A stretch of DNA of 64,000 nt from assembly GCA_012295275.1 (NCBI GenBank), contig CM022666.1, positions 5,146,001 to 5,210,000 of the forward strand. Reading direction: 5' to 3'. The notes below the pieces were generated by a model. It had not been told where the DNA came from. It saw nothing but the letters and a program-made list of their open reading frames with translations, and searched no databases. Shown in pieces: positions 24,434 through 39,699 of the stretch (positions within the stretch are counted from its first letter, which is position 1; every line of letters begins with the position of its first letter). Position numbers and translations under genes: made by a program. The stretch is from Chrysomallon squamiferum (lineage: Eukaryota > Animalia > Mollusca).

Positions 24434-27120
24434 GATTATTATTATTATTATTATTATTATTGTTAATGTTGTTGTTGTTGCTGTTGTTTGTATTAATTTA
24501 TTCATTCATTTATTTATTTATTTGGCTTCTGATCATTATAGTTATTTTCGTGTTATCATAATGAATTAAATTATTGCTGTGTTAAATTAATTACACGCAC
24601 ACACACACACACACAAACACACACAGACACACACATACACACATTATATTTGAACTAATCTTACCCCATGCAATTAATTCATTTTTTTTTACTCTCTCTT
24701 TTCATATTTTAACAGATCTGGTTTTGTCAGGCTAAGAATAATTTTTAAAACCATCGAGGATGAGACAATGAAAGATACATGAAAAGAAATTAATTTGAAC
24801 CTAACAAAATTACATTCTAATATCTGTTCATAATGTGTATGTTTTATAGACAGTATGCTAAATATTGCTGTTATATAACCATGTACATATCATATACTTA
24901 TAGAGATATGCCTACATACGTGCACATCCACGCACACACACACGTATCATGATTAAGTTTTAATAGTTATGCTGTCATCCTTCAATGTTTGATTTTGCTG
25001 TCTTAAAAAAAACCCGACAATAATAACAATGGTAGCTGACTAGAAAACTTTTAAAAATCCCCAGTAAATTATCTTTAAAAGTAATTCTACCCGAGCAGTG
25101 TTTATAAATAGTTATTTTCTAAGCGGCGCGGGTAATATAAAATACCCGGCCCACGTGTTCAAGATATTCACTGATTTCAGGCTGGGAAATGTGTACCTAA
25201 CGTTTGATTGCATTGATATCTTATTTTACAGTCTGCTTGAATCACGTGATCACTGTTATCTCTAGTCCATATAAGCACGTTGAACAACTGAAAGATTTTA
25301 AAAAGAAATGATAAAAAATAAAAATATTTTTTCTGTCAGAGAGTAATCATAGATAATGTAGATATTCTACATTAAATTCTTGATAATTTCTTTAGGTTTA
25401 GACTGTTGAATAGTGACTAGTAAATAGTCAGTTGATACGGTTTTTTTTTCTTTGTTTCTGTTCATGCACGTACATCACATGTACTTCACGTAGTGTATTT
25501 TCTGTCATAGAAAAACAATTCGCATTAACTGAACAAAGCAATATTCTTAAATTAGATTAATGTATGTGTGTGTGTGACTTGCTTGTATTGAATTGTTGTT
25601 TGTTTGTTATTGTTGGGTTTTTGTTTTTTTATGTTTTTTGTTTTCCATCTGAACTCTGCTCTGAATAAAGTCATGCAACAGTTAAGTGCGAATATTAACT
25701 AAATATACAAAATAGTATACACGTCTGTATAAAATGACTTTGTAGATGTTCAAAAATTCAGGTTTATCTAACTGAATTTTTCTTACCCAATAAATTGAAT
25801 AACCTTACATATTAACATTTTTTTATCAGTACACTTCCACTTTGCCACGTCACTGAGTAAACTGCGCATGTCAGTGTCTGTTCTAGACCTGAATAGCACC
25901 CTATTTCGCGCGCTTAACTCTTGTTAATACGACTGACCATGAAAGCTAAATTTACATCAGATAATAGTTTCCTTATTCTTGGTACACAGACCTTAATCGA
26001 GACTAGAATTCCAGTCACGTGATAGTACTATTACATGTCGGTTAGTATCACCGAAGACGTGAAGAGAAGTAACGCTGTAATCCAGGGGTCCGCAAGGGTA
26101 TTGCTGACTTCTATTCCTGTGTTAAGTAAGCGACACAAAATAACAACAGAAGGAAATGATATAGTCTGAGTATGACGTGGTAGAATTTTACAGCCAGGAT
26201 TTGTCATCTTACACATAATCGGAATAAATTAATGTAGTCATCCTGGCACCAATCCAGGGTAACGGTCGCTGTCCACTGAACGGACTGTGTAACTAGATAT
26301 GTAGATGTTTGCTCTTCTGTATTAATCCTTACGTGATTGTTGTGACCGGTTACAATCATTCTATCCATCTATATTATTCTTTATTGCTTTACTGAATGTT
26401 CAGACTTCTCAAGTTCGCCAATTTTGACAAAATGTAACGCTCTGCATTCTAATGACCATACATCAAAGAATACACCTCACCATTCTTGTAGAAATGAGTA
26501 TTATTAAAAAAAACACTTTGACAAAGATTCTTGAAATAGTACTGGTAATTAAACATGCATTTTATGGGATTTATGCATGTAGGCTTTCACACACACAAAT
26601 ACATATCAACATGAAATAACTGAATATTTCAGGATTTACATGTAAAGACTGGTTTCACAAACTGACCAGAAATATATATATAAATATGTGATGCGTGTAT
26701 TATGTATGAATATTGTTAGGATTTGTAAATAGTGTTGCATTTTCTTATAGTTTTACTTTTTTTGTGTTTGATGTGTTTCCTCACTGAGTACAGAACACAA
26801 TGGATTTTTGAGGCCACAGTTTTTTCTTATTAGATTATTCATGTGTTCATACTTTTGTTTAATAGATGTTACTTGTGAGTGGATTTCTTTGATGTTTGTC
26901 AGGCTTTGGATCCTACTGTTGTTGTTATTGTTGATATTATTATTATTATTAATAATTTCTTTGTTTATTTATTGGTATTGTTGTTGTTATTGTTGCTATT
27001 TATTCAATTAATTAATGTATTTATTTTATTTAAATGGAGATTATATTTATTTAATATTTATTATATACAGAGATGATATTTTTTCAATTAATTTTGTTAA
27101 ATAATGTTTACTGTACTCGG

Positions 27121-27154
<34 letters not shown>

Positions 27155-30100
27155 CTTTGGACAGTTGCCAGTATTTCAAATAACATCATATTTAAATGAT
27201 GATGTTGGCTTGTGTCACGTTAACGATTTCCGAGGATTAATAATAAATACTCTCTTTCTCCGGGAACAGGACTTTCCATCAAAGCTATAAATAGATGTGA
27301 GTCAGTAGTTGAAGTTTTATGTGAATCATATTACTAGAAGACGGATTAAAAAAAGTATTGTTATAAATAAATAAATTTGTTGTTGTAGTTACTGTTGTTG
27401 AAAATTTTCTTTGTATTCTAAACATGTACATCTGTGGATGTTGTAAATATAATTAATGTTAAATGATAATGAATACTCCATGCATAGTGGCTTTTCTTTG
27501 TACAGTGAATACGCAATGTATATATTATTGATGGTCTGTGTTCAGTAAATCTGTACAGTGGATGTTCTACAAACAGTGAATGTGTTCTAGGGATGTTCTA
27601 TGTAAAATGAGTGTGTACTGTATTCAGTGAATAAATATTTACATATTACTGATTTTCTATATAACTTGACCGATGAAAGTTAAATGTTCACTCATTGGTT
27701 TATAATGAGTAATACACGTTGAGTGTTCTTTATACAGTATATACTCATGCATTGAAATTATCAGAGTAATAAATGTTCATATATATTGGTCACCTGTTCA
27801 TGAGTTTGATGTCTTATTTCACTAACTGCTTCATTCACTATAAACAACTGACTTCTAGTTTGTTCGAAATGCACGGTCCACGTGTTCACTCGACCTAGAA
27901 TGACCTCGCTGTCTGCGAAATGTTTATCTGACGTGTGGTTGCCGAGATATTTCATTTCTCTGTCTACTTCATTCACGCTGCTACTGTTCAAGGGTGTGAA
28001 CGCTTGGTGAGCCACCAATTATTACATTAACTTGACTCCTCCAAAACACCGCACAGCTGTCTGATAACCTCTCTGTTTGCAAAAGGTTCCCGACCCGTTA
28101 TACTGCATAGGCATTTGAAATCAGATAATACAGATATTAAGGATTAACTTTTTGTTCATTTATTTAGGGTTAGACTGTTGAAAAGTGATTGATTAAAAAT
28201 GATAAAATACCTGTGGTTAGCAGCCAGTTGTTTGTGTTTCCATGTTTCTGTTCCTGCTTGTAGATCACAGGTACTTGGCGTAGTTTCTATCATAAAAACA
28301 ACTCAGGGCAATATTCTTAAATAGATCACGGTGTGTGTGTGGGAGTGTGTGTGTGTGTGTGCGTGTGCGTGCGCGCGCGCTAATAAAATGTGACTTATTT
28401 GTGTTGTTTGTTTTTTTGTTTATTATTGTTTTGTTTTTTTATTGTTGTTTTCTGAGCTTTTTTTCTACCTGAACTCTGAATGACAACAGCAATGTTAATA
28501 TTAATAATAACAAGAGCTACAACAGTAACAACCAGCAATAAATGCACATAGTTTATTTGTGAACATTGTGCAACTTTTAATTATTAATTATATTTTCATT
28601 TTTGATTCTAAGCATGTCATCCTCTCCATTAGGTTATATTTTCTCACACACAATCAAAATGTGATTTGAAGGACAACGCATATTTATCTTTGAAAGATAT
28701 ATGAAAAGAAATTAATTTAAACCTAAGAAAATTACATTCTGATATCTGTGCATAATGTGTATATTTTATAGACAGTATGTTAAATATTGCTGTTATATAA
28801 CCATGTACATATCATATACTTATATAGATACGCCTACATACGTGCTCATCCACACACACACACACATGTATCATGACTAAGTTTTAATAGTTATGCTCTC
28901 GGCCTTCACTGTTTGATTTGCTGTCTAAAAAAAAAACGACAATAATAATGGTAGCTCACTGGTAAACTTTTAAAAATCCACAGTACACTCGTTATCTTTA
29001 ACAGTAGTTTCTACCCGAGCAGTGTTTATAAATAGCTGTTTGCTAAGTGTTTCCTAGTAATACAGATTGCAGGGCTCACGAGTTCTCGAGTTACCTAACG
29101 TGTGATTGTCCCACTCTCTTATTTCACAACCTGCTTTAATCACGTGATTACTGTTATCTCCAGTCCAAATAAGCATGTTGAACAACTGAAACGATTATGA
29201 AAATAAATGAATAAAAATAACTAGTTTTTTTCTGTCATGGAATAATCCAATTTTTATAACTGTGCTCCTTCGTGGATCTTGTGTAGATATATACTGTAGT
29301 GCATAGCTGGAGTGTATTAGGACATTTGAAATTAGATAATGTAGATATTCTACATTAAATTCTTTATAATTTATTTGGGGTTAGACTACTGAAGAGTAAT
29401 TAAATAAAAATAACAAACTACCTGGTTAATAGTCAGTTGTTACGTTTTTTTTTCTTTGTTTCTGATCGTGCACGTACATCACATGTACTTGACGTAGTCT
29501 AGATTCTATCATAAAACAACTCACGGCAAACTGAACAGAGCAATATTCTTAAAATAGTTCTGTGTGCGTGTTTGTGTGTATGTGTGTGTGTGTTTGTGTG
29601 TTGTTGTTGTGTGTGTGTTTGTTTTTTTTTTTTTTATTTTTTTTGTTTGTCGTTTGTTGATTTTTTTCTTTCTTGATGTTGTTGTTACTTTCTTATTAAT
29701 TGTTTTTGTGTTAAAAATTTCTTTTGTTTGTTTCACGTTTTGTTTGTTTGTTTTTTCCGGCTCACCATTGCTCTGAAATTACATCAACAATTAACAATTG
29801 CAAAGTACTGAACTGACATAATAGAAGTATGTACCTGTGTATAAAATGACATTGTAGATATTACAAAAGTCACGTTTTTGACAACACTTCTGTTTATAGG
29901 TTTTTCCATGGGATTGGAAAGTGGATGATTTTCCACCAGAACTCTTTTAATATTAATAATAACAAGACTACATAACAGTAACAACCACAATAAATGCACG
30001 TCGTTTATTTGTGAATATTATGCAGCTTTTAATTATTAATTTTGTTTTCATTTTTTATCCTAACATGTCATCTTCTCCATTAGGCTATATTTTTTCACAG

Positions 30101-30519
30101 TCAATCAAAATGTGATTTGATTATTACAACGCATCATCGGAAAAAAACCCAGTTTTTATGGGAAACTTAATTTTCTGTTTGTTTTCAATACAATATTATT
30201 ATCTTCTAAAGTGCAGCTGTCTCTAACACATAATATAAAAATCATTTCGTTAACGAAAAGGAAGTAAAAGGCAACAAATATTTTTGTCAAGATATGTCCT
30301 TATTTTCCTATAGAATATTCTTGTTGTTTGTGTATTATCTGTTGCGCGCTTTTCTCTTTTCTGTGTGTGTGTGTGTGTGTCTGTCTGTCTGTCTGTCTCT
30401 GTGTGTGTGGTTTTATTTTTTATTTTACTTTTATTTTTTTTTAAGAAAAATGTTATTCATGTTTGTGTCTTTATTCGTGGAGAGATAACATTTTTAGAGA
30501 GAGACAGAGAGAGAGAGAG

Positions 30520-30571
<52 letters not shown>

Positions 30572-30574
30572 GAG

Positions 30575-30615
<41 letters not shown>

Positions 30616-31795
30616 TATGTAAATGTGTACTACTGATGGTCTGTATTCAGTAAATCTGTACAGTGGATGTTCTACAAACAGTGAATGTGTTCTAGAGATG
30701 TTCTATGTGAAAACTGAATGTGTGATGTATTCAGTGAATAAATATTTACGTAACATTGATTTTCTATATAAATTGACTGACGAAAGTCAAATGTTCACTT
30801 ATTGGTTTATTATGAATAATACAAGTTAAGTGGGTGATCCAGTTAAAAAGGATTTTCTTTATACAGTATGTACTCATGTATTGAAATGATCAGAGTAATA
30901 AATGTTTATATATATATATATATATATATATTATATTTAAAATTTCCTGTACAATTTGTATAATGAACAATCAATTTATAGCATTTTTTGTTTTATCACA
31001 ATAAGAATTTTCTTTTTAGAAGCACTTCAGAAACATAAATATTATGATTATTAATTTTATTATATCTATCATAATTATCATTAACTTTATTACCACTATC
31101 ATCTTCATCATTATAACTACTGCTATATTATTACTATATAATCATGATTACTAGTATTATTCTTTCTACTACTCGTACTAATTTATTAAATTTTCCATCA
31201 TCATCATCATTTTAATTAGTATTGTTTGCTGCTGTCGTTGTTGTTAAATAAAGACTACTCTATTCGAGGTCACAGTAAGGATTCAAGAAAGCTAAAGAAA
31301 CACCACACAGAGGTTCACCTTTCTCATTTATTCTTACAATGACCTTGACATGCTGACTGCTTACAGGAATGCCGGCGCCACTATTATTTTCACTACGATG
31401 TTTTTGACAATCCTACACACCACTCTTTTCTTTATATGTTTTTCTGTGTGATTGGCAGTCGATGACTTACAGCGCATTCTCGAATGTCAAAAAGTTCGTG
31501 GGGGAAAAATCTCAGCATGTGATAGTATTATATCACTTAGTAAAATTTACCGAACACGTGAACAGAAGTAACGTTATACATTAGAGGCAACAATAACAAC
31601 AACCACAAGATCAGATTTATTTATTTATAACAATGATAATGCATTCGTAACTTTCTGGATCTGTCTATTAGTAATACGGGTGACATAACTTTATCAACTT
31701 AATAACAGAATATACCTGAGATAATAATAAATATTTTTATTTAATTTAATTTTATAAAATGTATGTAATATATGTCTATGTGTCTATGCAGTGTC

Positions 31796-31844
31796 GACAG
31801 CTCCAATATGGAAAAGAACAAAACTTTCTTGCTGTCTTCGTACT
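31796..31844 (-). pseudogene. Inverted fragment of TNF homology domain exon
   Basis: Minus strand reads VRRQQESFVLFHIGAV versus VRRHQEGFVPSYIGAV in copy 3. Confidence 0.7.
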
Positions 31845-32651
31845 AAAGAATAATAAGCTAAAATGATCTGTGAGTATTCAAAGCCTGACAAACATAAAAA
31901 ATCCCTTCACTGGTAATATCGATGAATTGAGCAAACATCTGCTATAAACTTTATTTATTTATTTATTTATTTATTTAATTTATTTAATTATTTGTTTATT
32001 TGTTTCTTTATTTTTATTTGTTTATTTGTTTCTTTATTTTTATTTGTTTATTTTACTGTATTTGTTTTATTTCATTTCATTTTATTATTATTTTTTGTTA
32101 ATTAATTTATTTATTTCACTTTACTTTTTATCACTTTTTATTTATTTTACGGTATTTTACTTTATTTATTTATTTAACTAAACAATTAATATTTCATATT
32201 TCTTTGTGTTTTAAACTGAATTTTAATTTTTCTATATTTTTCGTTTTATAAAATAAAAGCTATTACCTTGCAAATGAACCCACCTAGCTAGACATTAAAA
32301 AAAAAAAAAAAAGGGTATTCGTGTTCATTTTCATTTTCAACAACAGTAACAACAACAACAACAACAAATTTATTTAATAATAATAATGGATTCAAACTTT
32401 GTAAATCCGTCTATTAGTAATTCGGCTGACGTAAGATCCATTTATAGCCCAGTTGAGGAATAAAATGAGAATTTATTTCACATCTGAAATGTTCTTTGGA
32501 GGAAAAAACAAAGCTGTACATAGCGATAATGTATACTTATTCAAAAACACTGGCAAGTAGTCAAAGAAACCTATTAGACTATCAAACTTATTTTAAATAA
32601 TATGTATGTGTGTGTGTCTGGGTATGGATGCGTATGTATGTGTGTGAGTGT

Positions 32652-32683
<32 letters not shown>

Positions 32684-33203
32684 AACAAATTTCGTGGTAT
32701 CAGATAGCAAGGAGGATTATCTGTTCCAGTACACATCGCTGTGCTGTCATATTGGATTTCAGTGGTGAGTATTTGTATACAGTGGTTTACTAAGCATCCG
32801 TGAAATTTGATAAACCAAACTTGGCATTTTCAAAAGAGAAACCTTTGCTTTTTTTCTTCTTTTTTTTTGACATCGCATAGGTTCATCATCAATGTAAATA
32901 TATCTTGGTATTATTTATTTTACTTTTTTTTTCTTTGTAAGAATATTACATAGAACTATATGTACGTGTGTATATTTTGTGTGAGTTTGTCTTGGTAATA
33001 TTTATTATTTTATTTATTGATATAACCATTGTTTGAAACTTTTATATTTGTGTGTATGTACAAATGTATATTTTTGAATTGCTGAAATAATGTTTTATAT
33101 AGGTGTGTGTATGTTGTGTCTGTGTACGTGTGCGTGTGTGTGTATTTATCTTGTTATTATTTATTACTAATAACATTTTTTTTCTTTTGGTCGTGTTTTA
33201 CAG

Positions 33204-33376
33204 ATTACTTCTAAAGGAATTAAAAATTGTTACACAAAATGAAATCAGTTCTTGCTGTCATTGCCATTTCTCTTATGGTACTAAACTTGATACTCATCAG
33301 TTTCATTGTATCTGTAACATTAAACGAATTTCTGAACAGAGAAATAAAATTGTTGTTTGACAAAGAACTCTGTGTA
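33204..33376 (+). pseudogene. Truncated TNF first coding exon
   Basis: Acceptor at 33203, ATG at 33239, MKSVLAVIAISLMVLNLILISFIVSVTLNEFLNREIKLLFDKELCV, then an abrupt switch to an unrelated duplicated module. Confidence 0.85.
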
Positions 33377-33672
33377 ATAGTATGTACATGTGTATAAAAT
33401 GACTTTGTAGATGTACCACAATTCACGTTTACCTAACTTAATTATTTTTACTCAGTAAGTTGAAGAAGTAGAATTCCAGTCACGTGATAGTACTATTATA
33501 TATCGGTTAGTATCACTTACCGAACACGAGAACAGAAGTAACGCTGTAGTTCAGGGGTACGCGAGGAATTTAGTCCAGCCTGTCATAGGAACACTTTTTT
33601 TTTTTCCTTTAAATCTCCAGATCAAAGCAGCCTTGCTTCCTAGCATCCGTTATTGATGCTCAGTATAGAAGT

Positions 33673-33784
<112 letters not shown>

Positions 33785-35769
33785 TTTGCTGTATTCAGTG
33801 AATAAATATTTAAATATTACTGGTTTTCTGTATAAATTAACTGATGAAAGTTAAAAGTTCACTGATTAGTTTACAATGAATAATACAAGTTAAGCGGATG
33901 ATCCAGTTAAAAAGGATTTTCTTTATACAGTATGTACTCATGCACTGAAATTATCAGAGTAATAAATGTTTATATGTACGTTGTATTTAAAAATTCATGT
34001 ACAATCTGAATAATAAACAATCTATTTAAAGCATTTTTTTGTTTTATCACAATAAGAATGTTCTTTTTAGAAGCATTTCAGAATCGTAAATATTATGATT
34101 ATTAATTGTATTATGTCTATCATCATCATCATTATTAATTTTATCATGACTATCATAATTATCATTAACTTTATTACCACTATCGTCTTCATCATTATTA
34201 CTACTGCTATATTATTACTATATAATCATGCTTACTAGTATTATTCTATCTACTACTCGTACTAATTATATTAGTTCTGGTTCTTCTACTAGTTCTAATT
34301 TATGAAATTTTTTCATCATCATCATCATTATAATAATTAGTATTATTTACCTCTGGTCAGATGTTCCTAATTTTTATTACTTGGATAGTTACTTTAAATG
34401 TCTTGATCTGCATTTATGGTTTTCTTCTTTTTCTTTTCTTTTTTAAATATCAAGTAAAATTAATGACAATACACCAGGTAGTGACATGATTTAATTTTTA
34501 TTTATGAAGGATAATTTGCATACTTTATAGACAGTAAGTTAAATATTGCTGGTATATAACCGTGTTCATATCAAATACTTAAAAGTACCCGTGCAGTGTT
34601 TATAAATAGCTGTTTGGAAAGTCCCGGGAAAATGTACAGGTAACGTGACCTCGCTGTCTGTGAAATATTTATCTAACGTGTGACCTCATTTCTCTGTCTG
34701 CTTCATTCACGCTACTACTGTTCAGGGGTCGACAACGCTTGGTCAGACACCAATTATTACATTAACTTGACCCTCCTCCAAAACACTGCATATCATTTAC
34801 ATCACATGTACTTGACGTAGTCTAGTTTCTGTCATAAAAACAACTACTGGCAAAATTCGTAAATATATCACTGTGGGAACTCTTGGGCACCAATTATTAC
34901 ATTAACTTGACACTCCTCCAAAACACCGTCTTGCTTTCTGATAACATCTCTGCAAAAGCTTCCCGACCCCTTTTATACTGCATAGGGCATTTGAAATCAG
35001 ATAATACAGATATTCTGCATTAACTTTTTGTTCATTTATTTCGGATTAGACTGTTGAAGAGTGATTGATTAAAACATGATAAAATACCTGAGATTAGAAG
35101 TCAGCTGTCACCTTTGTGTTTCCATGTTTCTGTTCGTGCATGTAGATCACAGGTACTTGGCGTAGTTTCTATCATAAAATCAACTCAGGAAAATATTCTT
35201 AAATAGATCACGGTGTGTGTGTGGGAGTGTGTGTATGTGTGTGTGTGGGAGTGTGTATATGTGTGTGTGTGTGTGTGCGTGCGGTTGCGTGCGCTAATAG
35301 TATGTGACTTATTTGTATTGTTTGTTTTTTGTTTACTATTGTTGTTTTTTTGTTTTTAATAATTGTTTTTTTGCGCTTTTTTTCCCCATCTGAATGACAA
35401 CAGCAATGTTAATATTAATAATAACAAGAACTACAACAGTAACAACCAGCAACAAATGCACGTAGTTTATTTGTGAACATTGTGCAACTTTTAATTATTA
35501 ATTTTGTTTTCATTTTTGATTCTAAGCATGTCATCCTCTCCATTAGGTTATATTTTCTCACAGAGAATCAAAATGTGATTTGAAGGACAACGCGTCATCG
35601 GAAATAAAACATTAGTTTATGAGAAACTTAATTTTCTGTTTGTTTTCAATTCAATATTATTATCTTCTGAATTATGAAAAGGAGAAATTCATTGTGCTGA
35701 AAAATATTAATAATTTAAAATTGATTATAATGGACGAGTTTCAAATTGGTTATTAACATTCATTTTTAG

Positions 35770-35806
35770 AAACTGAGTGAAAGTCACAGAAAAGCTGAGA
35801 AAAGTG
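35770..35806 (+). pseudogene. Orphan copy of TNF 37-nt micro-exon (another at 60582-60618 with lost donor)
   Basis: ttttag|aaactgagtgaaagtcacagaaaagctgagaaaagtg|gtaa, with flanking intron homology. Confidence 0.75.
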
Positions 35807-38026
35807 GTAAATTAACACAGACACAAGCACAAATTGGTTTTGACATATTGGAAAAGTAAATTATAAAAGTGTTCAGTCTAAATGGAAGCAGAAGAGAAGA
35901 GAGAATCTGAACACCACATGCACGTGTGACGTCTGCGTGTCAACTGATCAACACAGCTGAGAGAAGCTTTAGCGCGTGACTGAATGAAAAACGGACTTAA
36001 ACACATGCATTGTACCCGTTTGTACCATTTATTTCGAGCAACTATTACATTTTTATTTGTATAATTTGTAAAAAAGAAAAGATCGTTAAAGCGGGATATT
36101 TTTTTTATTATGTATTTATATTTTATCGATGAATTGAGCATAAAAGGTGAATAAGTTTATCGATGAATTGAGCGAACATCTGCTATATACTTTATTTATT
36201 TATTTATTTAATTATTTGTTTATTTGTTTCTTTGTTTCTTTAAATTTATTTGTTTATTTTACTGTATTTGTTTTATTTCATTTCATTTTATTATTTTTTC
36301 TGTTAGTTTATTTATTTATTTCACTTTACTTTTTATCACTTTTTATTTATTTTAGGTATTTTACTTTATTTATTTATTTATTTATTTATTTTTTTAACTA
36401 AACAGTTAAGATTTCGTAATTCTTTGTGTTTTAAACTGAATTTTATTTTTTCTTTATTTTTCATTTTATAAAATAGAAGATGTTGCCTTGCTAATGAACC
36501 CACCTAGCTAGACATTAAAAAAACAACAACAAGAAACTAAAAAGGTATCGGTGTTCATTTTTATTTTCACCGACAGTAACAACAACAACAACAAATTTAT
36601 TTAGTAATACTAATGTATTCAAACTTTATGAATCCGTTTATTAGTAATTCAGTGACGTAACATCTATTTGTAGCCCAGTTCCCCATTAAAAATGAGTATT
36701 TATTACACATCTGCTATATTATTACTATATAATCATGATTTCTAGTACTAATCTTTCTACTACTCCTACTATTTATATTAGTTCTTCTGCTACTACTACT
36801 AATTTATTAAATTTATCATCATCATCATCACTATAATTAGTATTGTTTGCTGCTGTCGTTGTTGTTAAATAAAGACTGCAGTGATACCTCTGGTCACCTG
36901 TTCATAATTTTTATTACTTGGATAGTTACTTTAAATGTATTACAAATGTCTTGATCTGCATTTATCATTTTCTTCTTTTTCTTCATATCTTTTTTGAATA
37001 TCAAGTGAAATTAATGAGAATATTTTTCAACTCATTTTTCACTTATACACCAGTCAGTGACATGATTTAATTTTTAATTTATGAAGGATAATTTGTATAC
37101 TTTATAGACAGTAAGTTAAATACTGCTGTTATATAACCATGTACATATCACATACTTATATAGATACGCCTACATACGTGCACATTCACACACACATATC
37201 ATGATTAAGTTTTAATAATTATGCATTCGTCCTTGTCTATTTGATTTGCTAGCTGGAAAACCCGACTGTAACAACAGTTGTTCATTTGACATTTTTCGTA
37301 TAAACTGCAGTTCATTCATTATCTTTAAAAGTAATTCTACCCGAGCAGTGTTTATAAACAGCTTTTTGCTCAGTGACTCAGCTGATAAAACCAATGCACA
37401 TTCCACGTATTTACCCTGAGTCCCTATAACCTATAATGACGTCGTGGCTGTGAAATGTGGAAGGTGCTGTGATTACCACGATATCTTCAATCTCGTTTCG
37501 CTTCATTGGAAAACACTACATGCCTGTCTGGCCTCCTCTCTGCAAAAGGATGCCGACTCTGCTTTTATCTTGATATTAATAATAATAAGAAGAACTACAA
37601 CAATAACAACCTACTGGTCGGTAATTGTATCCTCTCGATAAGGCTATATTTTCTCATATCCAACCAAAATGTGATTTGAAGGACAAAGCGTCATCGAAAA
37701 AATCCCCCATTTTCCCAAGTTTTTTTTTTTCTGTTTGTTTTCAATACAATATTATAATCTTTTAATAATAAATTATTTATGTAATGAAAAGGTAGTAGAA
37801 AGCAATACATATTTTCGCAAGATTTGTCATTATTTTCCTATAATCTTATTTTAACCGTTTTAAAGAATATTCTGTTGTTCGTGTAGTATCTGTTGCGCGC
37901 GCGTGTGTGTGTGGTTTTATTTATTATTTTACTTTTATTTTATTTTTTGAAAGAATGTTATTTATCTGTGTGTCTTTATCTCAGTATTACTGATTACTAA
38001 TAACATTTTAATCTTGTTTTGCACAG

Positions 38027-38366
38027 ACTGCATCTAAAAATGAAAAAATGAAATACTAAACTTGATACTCATCAGTTTCATAAATACATTAAATGCAACA
38101 ACAACTACAACTACAAAAAAAGTTGGATGTAGAAATGGGTAAATTCTATATCAAAATATGAAATAGTTACGTTCATTATAAATGAAATTGAGAAGAAAGA
38201 TCCATATACGTTTAATAATATAATATTTGTATTATGAATAGGAGAAATTCATTGTACTGAAACATATTTATAAATTTAAAACTGATTATTATGGACGAAT
38301 TTCAAAGTGGTTATTAACATTCTTTTAAGAAACTGAGTGAAAGTCACACAAAAGCTGAGAAAAGTG
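38027..38366 (+). pseudogene. Internally deleted TNF relic (piece of first coding exon plus 37-nt micro-exon 38330-38366)
   Basis: tactaaacttgatactcatcagtttcat is joined directly to intron sequence aaatacattaaatg. The micro-exon keeps AG/GTAAGT. No downstream exons follow. Confidence 0.75.
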
Positions 38367-39259
38367 GTAAGTTAACAGACCCATCATATTTGTATCAACA
38401 TTTTGTCATTGTCTGAACTGATGATGCCAGAAGTTGTTCAGTCGCAGTAAACAATGTAATGTTTCAAGATGTTTTTGGGAGACATTTCTAACACATTTTT
38501 TATACCTGGCCCTGTAATAATAAATGGATGACTACAGTTATTTATTCCGAGTACGTATAACAAAATAGATAAATAAATAAATAAATAAATAAAGTAAAAT
38601 AAAATAAAAATAAAGCAAAATAATATTTTGTTTTAGAAAATGGTTAAAAAGTAAAACAAATACTTTGACGTGTGATCTACGTGATGCAGTGATCTACACT
38701 GATCAAATTCTACCCGCTTATTTTAGTTATTATTTTGTTTATTCTTGCTTTTTTATTACCTCGGTTTAACGATGTAATTGGTTCCAAATTTCTGATCGTT
38801 AAGCGGGAGACTAATTTACACAGAATTGATGTTAAAAACAGTGGTTCTCGCTGATGAGATTTTACATAAAACATATATATATATTTTTAAATAAATACAG
38901 AAAAATAAATAACTTAATAGATCATAGATATTAAACAAACAGTAAATCATTTACAAATCAATTTATACAAATAAATTAAGAAATAATTATACGCTACTCA
39001 TTGTGGGTTCATTTTTGTGGGTTTTGTGTTCATTTAAGATATCGCGTTTTCTTTCTAAAGTTATTTTATGATCAGCAGATTTGTTCGTGATACACAGACT
39101 ACATAAATGTATTTATAGCTTAGCTGACACAGGAATAGAAATTACGCTGTATTCTTTATTTAACAATAACGACAAAAGCAATCGTAATAATAACAACAAC
39201 AACAACAACAACAACAACTACAACTGTTAGTAATACGCTTGACTCATATCTACATACAG

Positions 39260-39426
39260 CTTGGGTGGAAAGCCCAGTTCCCGAAGAAAATTATTTTTCT
39301 CTGAAAGGAGGTAGACGACGTCATACGACTTTTTCAAAGTAGCTGGTGTAAAAATCAACGAAGCCTGTCAGAGAGCGTTTCTGTCGTAGCCGTGCTTCAC
39401 GTGAACACAGAGGCAGCCTAATTTAG
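39260..39426 (+). promoter_or_regulatory. Putative promoter/first exon of TNF copy 3 (kB-like, CRE-like, variant TATA)
   Basis: GGAAAGCCCA at 39267-39276 (TGGGCTTTCC on minus), CGACGTCA at 39316-39323, TGTAAAAA at 39347, donor AG|GTAAGT at 39426. Confidence 0.5.
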
Positions 39427-39699
39427 GTAAGTACATGTTTTACTTATTTCATAGATTATATATATCTACGTAAAATTATAATTTCATTTATTTCACAGAT
39501 GGTATATATTTATATAAAAGTATAATTTCACTTATTTCATTGATTATATATATTTATATAAAATTATAATTTTACTTATTTCACAGGTTATATATATATT
39601 TATATAAAATTATAATTTCACTTATTTCATAGGTTATATTAATTAAATAAAATTATAATTTCACTTATTACATAGGTTATATATATCTATATAAAATTA

